From the NCBI GenBank assembly GCA_030747675.1, contig JASLKH010000083.1, forward strand, positions 1 to 15,317: a DNA stretch of 15,317 nucleotides. The letters run 5' to 3'. Under the pieces are notes generated by a model, which worked only from the letters and a program-made list of their open reading frames with translations, did no database searches and was not told the origin of the DNA. Origin of the DNA: Candidatus Thalassarchaeaceae archaeon. GTDB taxonomy: Archaea; Thermoplasmatota; Poseidoniia; Poseidoniales; Thalassarchaeaceae. Of this stretch, positions 1-6,612 are shown in pieces. Position 1 is the stretch's first letter. Every line of letters starts with the position of its first letter. The position numbers and the translations under genes are program-made.

Positions 1-180
1 GACACAAGTGAAGAGTGCACAATCAGCGAAGAAGACGCTGACGGTGTCTGGTCACAGAACGAGCACATCACTCTCTCTGAGAATGGTGTCGACATTATGG
101 ACAGTGCTGGCGAAGTAAACATCTACGTCAAGTACCGTTCATCAACTGTTGCTGGAGACAGCAGCGTTGCTGTTGCTTGA
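1..180 (+). CDS. 3' end of a gene (5'-partial), probably an archaeal type IV pilin/archaellin-like protein
   Basis: Frame +1 is open from base 1 to TGA at 178-180: DTSEECTISEEDADGVWSQNEHITLSENGVDIMDSAGEVNIYVKYRSSTVAGDSSVAVA*. Codons are strongly C-ending (all 6 Asp = GAC, both Tyr = TAC). A terminator follows. The W-x3-E-x-I-T-L-S-E-N-G-V-D segment resembles, from memory, C-termini of Thermoplasmatota/MGII pilins. The diagnostic class III signal peptide lies outside the window. Not in the ORF track. Confidence 0.55.
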   Translation, partial: DTSEECTISEEDADGVWSQNEHITLSENGVDIMDSAGEVNIYVKYRSSTVAGDSSVAVA

Positions 181-226
181 ACTTAACTGACTGCTTAGAC
201 TAGTTCAGAAAACAAGATGACATCGT

Positions 227-271
227 GCCTCCCGATGGGCGCTTCGGCGCCCACCGGGGGGCCTTTTTTTT
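227..271 (+). terminator. Hairpin + T-tract intrinsic-type terminator
   Basis: GCCTCCCGATGGGCGC-TTCG-GCGCCCACCGGGGGGC forms a 16-position stem (14 Watson-Crick pairs, 1 G-U, 1 A/C mismatch) with a C(UUCG)G tetraloop, followed by T8 at 264-271. It lies between convergent genes. Confidence 0.85.
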
Positions 272-274
272 GTT

Positions 275-1462
275 TCAAATATCTATTCTATTTGATTTAA
301 TTGAATCCCATTGATGCAAACTCTTACCTGCCTTCAGTAAAACCATCCCATAAGCAAGATACAAGTTGTTCTGAAGATAGGCAAGAATTGTTCCACACAA
401 TGGGACCCTGATACCAGTCACACCAATTCCAAGTGAAAATATAACTAAAGCATCGATAAGTAACATCCCTCGATCAAGTAAAGTTGCTTCCGAACCAGTC
501 CATCCAATCAGTATTACTGTCAATGCATGTGATATTCCGGCTAATATTCCAATTATAATCAACCAAGGAGAGACTGTGTGTTGTAATCCATTCAAGCCCA
601 AAATCTTACCCCAATCACCACCTCGAAACCAGTGGCGTTTATGACGCCAAAAATGTCTTGATAGACCCTGGCCTCGTCGAGTTGTACGTGCAATTGATTC
701 CTTTGGGTTTGTAATTGGTTTTTCACTAAAGCAAATGGCATTATCTGAAATAGAACGTAACCCTGATTCTCTTACACGAACTGCAAGTTGAGAATCATCA
801 GCATTGGAAGTTGAACGAATAGGACCTATCGCGGAACTACGATAGGCTGCAATAGATCCTTCGAAAATTGGGGTTGAATCAATACGAGATTCACCTTCTC
901 GAAACCAGCGATACCAATTACGGTAAGATGTTGAATCTGACTTGTCATCTAGTCCACCACAAACAGCACCAATATTTTGATTTCTCATCCATCGACCAAT
1001 TCGCCGTAAAGCACCAGGTTCAAGAATTGCTTCGGCATCGGTCATTACAAATATTTCATCTTCTGGATTTAATTCCTCAATAGCTCGATTAACAGCAGCA
1101 GACTTGCCTAACCTAGTAACCATTTCAATAATTGATACCTCGACTTCGTTTTCCTTCATCCAAGTCTTGATTATTTCAACTGTACCGTCAGTTGAAGCCG
1201 AATCTACAACCATAAATCGGCGGCGATTTATAGGATATCTTTGTTCTATCAAGTTATTCAATTTTCTTTCAATAATAACTTCTTCATTCCACACAGGTAA
1301 AACAATGCATAAAAACGGTAAATCATTATCATGACATGATTCTAATTCAGGATATGGTGTTTTGATCCAATAACGATTTAGCCATACATGTATGGCTAAA
1401 GGAATGACAACACCAAGCGTTGCTATTACCTGAATTGCCAGAAAAGTAAGACGAACAATCAT
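275..1462 (-). CDS. Glycosyltransferase family 2 (CESA-like), membrane-associated
   Basis: 395 aa. N-terminal TM helix; IVLPVWNEE, VVDSASTDGT, GKSAAVN, TDAEA (DxD-like) and ADDSQL motifs; C-terminal hydrophobic helices. GGAGCAGGTGGG lies upstream of the ATG. Confidence 0.9.
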   Translation of the reverse strand: MIVRLTFLAIQVIATLGVVIPLAIHVWLNRYWIKTPYPELESCHDNDLPFLCIVLPVWNEEVIIERKLNNLIEQRYPINRRRFMVVDSASTDGTVEIIKTWMKENEVEVSIIEMVTRLGKSAAVNRAIEELNPEDEIFVMTDAEAILEPGALRRIGRWMRNQNIGAVCGGLDDKSDSTSYRNWYRWFREGESRIDSTPIFEGSIAAYRSSAIGPIRSTSNADDSQLAVRVRESGLRSISDNAICFSEKPITNPKESIARTTRRGQGLSRHFWRHKRHWFRGGDWGKILGLNGLQHTVSPWLIIIGILAGISHALTVILIGWTGSEATLLDRGMLLIDALVIFSLGIGVTGIRVPLCGTILAYLQNNLYLAYGMVLLKAGKSLHQWDSIKSNRIDI

Positions 1463-1571
1463 TCTAATCCCACCTGCTCCTAAGATAAACTCGGCATAAG
1501 TGCACCGTTTCGAAATAGGACAGCGAGCCCTTCATGCGGGTGAAGTGTGTGAGCCGGGTTGGGTGAGAGGT

Positions 1572-2546
1572 ATGCGTAAGGTGCTTCATGTTGGTCCAGC
1601 CATTTCAAAAGGTGGTATGGGCGCAGTAATTCAACTTCTAGCATCGTCTCCTCCAGAAGGATGGAATTCTGAAATACTTCCCAGTCATAATGAAGGAGGA
1701 GCTTTTGCAATATTGCGTGCATGGTGGTCTGCAAGAAAAAATCTCAAAATTCGATTGAGAGATTCTGATGTAGACATTGTACACATTCACACTGCATCAA
1801 ATTGGTCTTGGACAAGAAAGAAAATGTTGATTAAAATTGCAAGGAAAGCCGATATACCTGTTGTACTTTCCATTCATTCAGGTGATTTTGACAAACATTG
1901 CAGAAAAAATGGAAATAGTGTAAAATATATTTGTAAGGAGACGAGTACATATCCAGTTGTTCTTTCTGAAATTTGGATGGAACGATTAAGCAAATGGATT
2001 GAAAATCCGGCAATTATTGCAAACCCAGTCCCAGATGTTGATTCAACATCAATTCGGAACAAGAATTCATTTTTACTAATGGGTAGATCCAATCCTATGA
2101 AAGGACAAAAAATAATTATTGACGCTGCACAAATTCTTCTGAAAGAAGGATTTGATTTCACAATACATATGACCGGAATATCTGGTAACTATCCTGGTGT
2201 CACTTGCCATGGTTGGGTTGAAGGGGAAAAAAGAGATGTCTTACTCTCTACTTGTGGAACACTGCTTTCACCTTCGAAGTGGGAAGGTTTGTCCATGACC
2301 GTCATAGAGGCTATGGCAAGAGGTATGCCTATTCTAGCATCAAGTGCAAGTACTGGTGTTTTCATCAACTCAGGGAAAATTATTGAGAGGACGCCAGAAG
2401 CATTTGCCAATGCTATGAAACATATAATGACAAGTGATGATTGGTTGGAAATGTCAAAAAAAGGTCCTGTTGAAGCGGAAAAATATTCACTTTCTAATAT
2501 TACAAAAGAATGGATGTCACTGTATAATCAGGTGATGAATAAATGA
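1572..2546 (+). CDS. Glycosyltransferase family 4 (GT-B)
   Basis: Start reassigned to ATG 1572 (MRKVLHVGP...GGMG), preceded by GGGTGAGAGG. DIVHIHT motif and the catalytic E-x7-E in SKWEGLSMTVIEAMARGMPIL. Confidence 0.9.
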   Translation: MRKVLHVGPAISKGGMGAVIQLLASSPPEGWNSEILPSHNEGGAFAILRAWWSARKNLKIRLRDSDVDIVHIHTASNWSWTRKKMLIKIARKADIPVVLSIHSGDFDKHCRKNGNSVKYICKETSTYPVVLSEIWMERLSKWIENPAIIANPVPDVDSTSIRNKNSFLLMGRSNPMKGQKIIIDAAQILLKEGFDFTIHMTGISGNYPGVTCHGWVEGEKRDVLLSTCGTLLSPSKWEGLSMTVIEAMARGMPILASSASTGVFINSGKIIERTPEAFANAMKHIMTSDDWLEMSKKGPVEAEKYSLSNITKEWMSLYNQVMNK

Positions 2547-3562
2547 AGATTCTTTGGATTACCCACCGGCGTCTTGACTCTGATTTTTCATCCCAATCAA
2601 GGCATGGAATTGCAAAAGCTCTTACTGATTTTGGGTGGGATGTAGAATGGCTAGCAGCATCCGGAGGGCATTATTCCGCTCATAGATCTAAGATACTTGG
2701 ACTTGGACATCACTCTTTTACTAAATCTATCAAAAGGTCTCTACAAGAAATTCAATTGAAACAATATGATGTTGCTTTAGTTGAGTGGACTGCAGTTATA
2801 GGATCAGTTGAGGCGTTAAAGAATGCTGATATACCGTGGGTATTAGTTGATAGAAGTCCTCCTGTTTCAACCGGTCTGGTTCAATGGATTCAGAATTTAC
2901 AATACAAGGAAGCATGGAATATTGCTCGTATTTTCGCCGCCGGTTGTGCTGTGAAAAGTCAATTTCTGGCTGAAAGTCAACTCTGGGAGCGCCCAATTGC
3001 AATAGTTCCTGCTGGTGTAAATCTTGACGATTTTTCACCAACGATTATGACTGAAAACCCTACAATTGTGTCCCATGGTGTACTTGCCAAAGAGCGCTGT
3101 CTTGAAAAATTATGGAGAATTGATAATGATATCAGATTCATAGGAGCTGGGAGCGCTGCTAAGAGCTTGAAAAGAAAAGGGGTGAAAGTTGAGGGGCCAT
3201 ATAATTCTATCAAATTGAAAGAAAAATTGGCCGAATGTGAAATTGGGGTCTTGCATCTCCCTAATCGAGAGGTTTGGAAACATGCATCTCCTTTGAAAGT
3301 TGCAGAGTTTGCTGCATCAGGATTCGTGATAGTTTCTTCAGATGTAAGCGGATTGAATAAATTTCGTGATGAGGAATGGATTCGAATTATCCCACTCGGG
3401 GATGATGATGCTTGTAAAAAAGCACTAAATGAATTCAAATTAATGCCAGTGGAAGAAAGACAACGGCTAGGAGCACTAGCTCGGGCTGCTGCTGAAAAGT
3501 CAATGACATGGAAACACTGTTGCAATGACTTGCACGATTTGTTGATTGAGGTGAAATGTTGA
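2543..3562 (+). CDS. Glycosyltransferase family 4-like (GT-B)
   Basis: 339 aa. MKILWITH N-terminus, IVPAGVNLDDF, SPLKVAEFAASGFVIVSSDV. ATGA overlap with the upstream gene; AGGTGAT at 2530-2536. Confidence 0.85.
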   Translation: MKILWITHRRLDSDFSSQSRHGIAKALTDFGWDVEWLAASGGHYSAHRSKILGLGHHSFTKSIKRSLQEIQLKQYDVALVEWTAVIGSVEALKNADIPWVLVDRSPPVSTGLVQWIQNLQYKEAWNIARIFAAGCAVKSQFLAESQLWERPIAIVPAGVNLDDFSPTIMTENPTIVSHGVLAKERCLEKLWRIDNDIRFIGAGSAAKSLKRKGVKVEGPYNSIKLKEKLAECEIGVLHLPNREVWKHASPLKVAEFAASGFVIVSSDVSGLNKFRDEEWIRIIPLGDDDACKKALNEFKLMPVEERQRLGALARAAAEKSMTWKHCCNDLHDLLIEVKC

Positions 3563-4797
3563 GTAGGCACGTTCGATTAGAACGTGACACGATTTGGTTG
3601 TCTTTTGCTGATATTATTGCTCTTTTAGTCGGAATTGCAGTCCATGTTGTACTTACTCAGGCATTTTCTAATGGTGATTATGGCCGATGGATATTATTGC
3701 TAGATTTGTATTATGTCCTCTCTACAATCATTGACTTAGGGTTACCAACACTAATTGGAAGGGATTCTGAAAGGCTTGGGAAACATGCACATCAACTCGT
3801 AAGTCAATCTCTTAATCTTCAATCCAAATTTGCTATTCCAATTATCTTGCTAGCAGGGTTCATCGGTTGGTTTTGGGTTGGAAATGGAATTGATTGGTTA
3901 GTTGCTTCATTCATTCTGATAATTTCTGCATGCACACAAATTCTAACATATGCACATCGCGCAGCACTTCGATCACTAGGGGAATCAAGGCAAGAAGCCC
4001 TAGTGAGATTTGTAGATCGAGGAGCGACTGCGATTGGAATTGTCATTGTAGTTTGGCTTTTGGGAGCATCACCAATACCACTTGCTTTAGCTACTTTCAT
4101 GGGGCCAATGGTGGCTATAATAATTGCAATAAATCTCGGAGAAAAAAAGTTAGAAGATTCAACTAATAATGGCTTGTGTTTGGAAACAAAAAATGTGTCT
4201 GATCAACAATTAATGAAATTAGGATTTCCATTTCTAATGGCCGCTATTGCTTTGGTTGTAAATATCCGAGTAGAGAAAATCTTACTCGGCGTAATCGCTA
4301 CACCTAATGCAGTAGAGACTTTCCAAATTGCATGGCTCGCATTTATTGCAGGTTATGCACTTATTCTTTCAATTCGTGCAGTGATGTTGTCTTGGTACGG
4401 TGAAGTTCGCCATGATTATTCACGACTGATGGTTCGAAGAAAGCGCGCAAGAATACTTCTCATTCCGGCTGCTGTAATTGGGATATTAATTGGATATTCA
4501 TTGGGTCGATTTTCAATTGGTTGGATTTTTCCAGATTATGCTAATGAGTCTTCGCCTGTGTTCATGATTTTACTGGTTTCTTGGTTATTTGCACTACTCG
4601 CAAGTGAGCCGTTAACTGCAATTCAAATTGGAAAAAAGCCTTCAGTTTATGCTGGAATCCTTTGGCTAGGTATTTTGATTGATGCTGTTATTTGCATCAT
4701 TTTGATACCAAGCACAGGGGTGTTTGGAGCCGCAATTGGTTCGGCCTTCGGTACAGTATCGGTTCTTGGTTTGGCTATTGGCTGGGCTGAATCTTGA
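3556..4797 (+). CDS. Oligosaccharide flippase / polysaccharide biosynthesis protein (Wzx/MOP superfamily)
   Basis: 413 aa polytopic membrane protein. DYGRW and DLGLPTLIGRD motifs; LIPSTGVFGAAIGSAFG near the C-terminus. Overlaps the upstream GT4 gene; GAGGTGA at 3548-3554. Confidence 0.85.
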   Translation: MLSRHVRLERDTIWLSFADIIALLVGIAVHVVLTQAFSNGDYGRWILLLDLYYVLSTIIDLGLPTLIGRDSERLGKHAHQLVSQSLNLQSKFAIPIILLAGFIGWFWVGNGIDWLVASFILIISACTQILTYAHRAALRSLGESRQEALVRFVDRGATAIGIVIVVWLLGASPIPLALATFMGPMVAIIIAINLGEKKLEDSTNNGLCLETKNVSDQQLMKLGFPFLMAAIALVVNIRVEKILLGVIATPNAVETFQIAWLAFIAGYALILSIRAVMLSWYGEVRHDYSRLMVRRKRARILLIPAAVIGILIGYSLGRFSIGWIFPDYANESSPVFMILLVSWLFALLASEPLTAIQIGKKPSVYAGILWLGILIDAVICIILIPSTGVFGAAIGSAFGTVSVLGLAIGWAES

Positions 4798-5127
4798 CTA
4801 TTCGCTAGGGCTTTCAGCAAGCATTTCTTGGAGTTCGCCACTTTCATACATTTCGAGAGCTATATCCGAACCCCCAATCAATTCCGCATTGACATATACT
4901 TGCGGCATTGTAGGAAAATCAGCCCATTCACAAACATTTGGAATCGCACGTGGATCCATCAGAACATTAACTGCTACAAATGGTTCATTCAATGCTTTCA
5001 ATACTTGCGCGGCCCTATTAGAAAAACCACATTGTGGCATTTCCGGTGTACCTTTCATAAAAAGTACAAGTTTACTTCCTTTCACTAATTCTTCAAGTTC
5101 TTCTGGTGTCCAATTAAATTCGCTCAT
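4798..5127 (-). CDS. grxD: Monothiol (CGFS) glutaredoxin, Grx4 family
   Basis: LFMKGTPEMPQCGFS, PTMPQVYV and LIGGSDI motifs. Starts 2 nt after the bolA stop; GGAGG RBS lies inside the bolA 3' end. Confidence 0.93.
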   Translation of the reverse strand: MSEFNWTPEELEELVKGSKLVLFMKGTPEMPQCGFSNRAAQVLKALNEPFVAVNVLMDPRAIPNVCEWADFPTMPQVYVNAELIGGSDIALEMYESGELQEMLAESPSE

Positions 5128-5129
5128 GT

Positions 5130-5459
5130 TTATTCCTCCTTTGGTCTTATGTTCAAACCTACAAATTCTGCTTCACTACGCCGATTAGGATGTGGGTGAA
5201 AAACTTCACCCTTATCTGTGGCAGCTTGTTCTGGCGTTAGACATTTGAGGTCTAATGCATGTATATCATTGGGGATATATGGCTTGAAGTGACTAAGCAA
5301 TATACGTTGACGTGGTAATGGTCTCATCCCATCAAATGTAGGGGATACTATACGAACATGGAAATGATCCTGCCCTCCTGTCAAATCAACTACTGATATT
5401 TCGATTGCATCTGGTAAGGCCTTTCGAGCCTCGTCCTCCATCCATTCAATCGTTGGCAT
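5130..5459 (-). CDS. BolA/IbaG family protein
   Basis: DLTGGQDHFHVRIVSPTFDG and IHALDLKCLTPEQ motifs. Adjacent to a CGFS glutaredoxin. AGGTGAT RBS at 5469-5463. Confidence 0.9.
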   Translation of the reverse strand: MPTIEWMEDEARKALPDAIEISVVDLTGGQDHFHVRIVSPTFDGMRPLPRQRILLSHFKPYIPNDIHALDLKCLTPEQAATDKGEVFHPHPNRRSEAEFVGLNIRPKEE

Positions 5460-5495
5460 ATTATCACCTAAACAATAGGGAGTATTGAATGCTTG

Positions 5496-6176
5496 TCAAG
5501 AAAGAAGTGAAGATTTGATCTTCGTGAGATTCTGTGCAATCGTTCCGTCATCATTGATTAAACCGGACCCTACTACTGCAACTTCGATTCCCCAATCTGC
5601 AACTTGAGCGATATTATGTGCTTTAATTCCACCATCAATCATCAACTTTGTTTGGCGGCCCCCTGCTGCTATTTGTGCATCTATTGCAGCCCTGAATAAC
5701 TTCGTTTTTTCCTCCATTTCAGGCATAAAGGATTGGCCACCTTTTCCAGGAACCACGCTCATCACAAGAACGAGGTCTAGATCTGGAAGAAATGGGAGAA
5801 TTGCAGCAGCGGGTGTGGCAGGGTTCAATACAGCACCAGCCTGACAGTCGCGAGCATGAAGATTTGAAATTAAAGTTGACATGTCTTCAATTGCTTCAAC
5901 ATGCGCAATAACTAAATTTACACCAGCATCAACATACTGTTCCCAATTTTCTTCAGCATTTGTTACCATTAAATGGCAATCCATGAATACATTCGAACCG
6001 ACACGTTTTCTTATACTTCGAATCAACGCCGGACCAAATGTGATTGTCCGATTAACCACCCAATTTCCATCCATTACATCAAGATGAATCCAATTAATAC
6101 CTGCTTCTATCACTTCATCAATTGTCCGACCTATTTCGCAAAAATCAGCAGTTAAGATACTTGGAGTGATTATCAT
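5496..6176 (-). CDS. rpe: Ribulose-phosphate 3-epimerase
   Basis: Start reassigned to ATG 6176 (MIITPSILTADF). HLDVMDG, DCHLMV, HVEA, VLNPATP, MSVVPGKGGQSF, IDGGI and VVGS motifs. The track's extra 73 N-terminal codons overlap the divergent trxA. Confidence 0.93.
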   Translation of the reverse strand: MIITPSILTADFCEIGRTIDEVIEAGINWIHLDVMDGNWVVNRTITFGPALIRSIRKRVGSNVFMDCHLMVTNAEENWEQYVDAGVNLVIAHVEAIEDMSTLISNLHARDCQAGAVLNPATPAAAILPFLPDLDLVLVMSVVPGKGGQSFMPEMEEKTKLFRAAIDAQIAAGGRQTKLMIDGGIKAHNIAQVADWGIEVAVVGSGLINDDGTIAQNLTKIKSSLLS

Positions 6177-6228
6177 AGTAGTCCCTCTATTTATTGCGAA
6201 GAGGAGGGGGTTCTCAAGTCTTGACCTT

Positions 6229-6238
6229 TGATATATAC
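6229..6238. promoter_or_regulatory. Candidate TATA box, possibly serving both directions, between rpe and trxA
   Basis: TGATATATAC with TATATA at 6232-6237, roughly centred in the 112-bp divergent intergenic region. Sequence resemblance only. Confidence 0.4.
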
Positions 6239-6288
6239 TTACATAGATTGATAGGATGGCTAATCTGGCAAGAGAATAGGGGTTTACA

Positions 6289-6612
6289 ATGACAGGTAAT
6301 TTAGTAGAGGCAACTGATGCAGACTTTGAGCAAGTAACAACAGGAAATGAGTGGGTTTTAGTTGATTTTTGGGCGCCATGGTGTGGTCCTTGCAAGATGA
6401 TTGCTCCCGTACTTGATCAAATTGCGGGAGAGAGAGAAAATCTCACAATTGCTAAGGTGAATACAGACGTCAATCCGGTAACCCCTGGACGATTTGGGGT
6501 AAGGGGTATCCCCTACCTTGTTCTTTTCCACAATGGACAACCCATTGACACCAAATCTGGTGCAATGCCAAAAGCAGGATTTGATCAGTGGTTGAACAGC
6601 CACATGTGTTAA
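6289..6612 (+). CDS. trxA: Thioredoxin
   Basis: 107 aa. VLVDFWAPWCGPCKMIAP, KVNTD and GVRGIPYL (cis-Pro) motifs. Confidence 0.96.
   Translation: MTGNLVEATDADFEQVTTGNEWVLVDFWAPWCGPCKMIAPVLDQIAGERENLTIAKVNTDVNPVTPGRFGVRGIPYLVLFHNGQPIDTKSGAMPKAGFDQWLNSHMC

Noticed and set aside
1488-1560. Possible structured RNA in the divergent GT2/GT4 region (AACTCGGC/GCCGGGTT, TTTCGAAA, CTTCA/TGAAG)
   Set aside because: Stems are only 5-8 bp and match no RNA family I recognise; they are compatible with chance. Covariation analysis would be needed.
1500-1571. GTG start and 24-aa N-terminal extension of the first GT4 in the ORF track
   Set aside because: The GT-B fold begins at MRKVLHVG (ATG 1572), which has an RBS; the extension looks non-coding.
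6177-6395. 73-aa N-terminal extension of rpe in the ORF track
   Set aside because: It overlaps trxA on the opposite strand and spans the promoter region; Rpe homology starts at ATG 6176.
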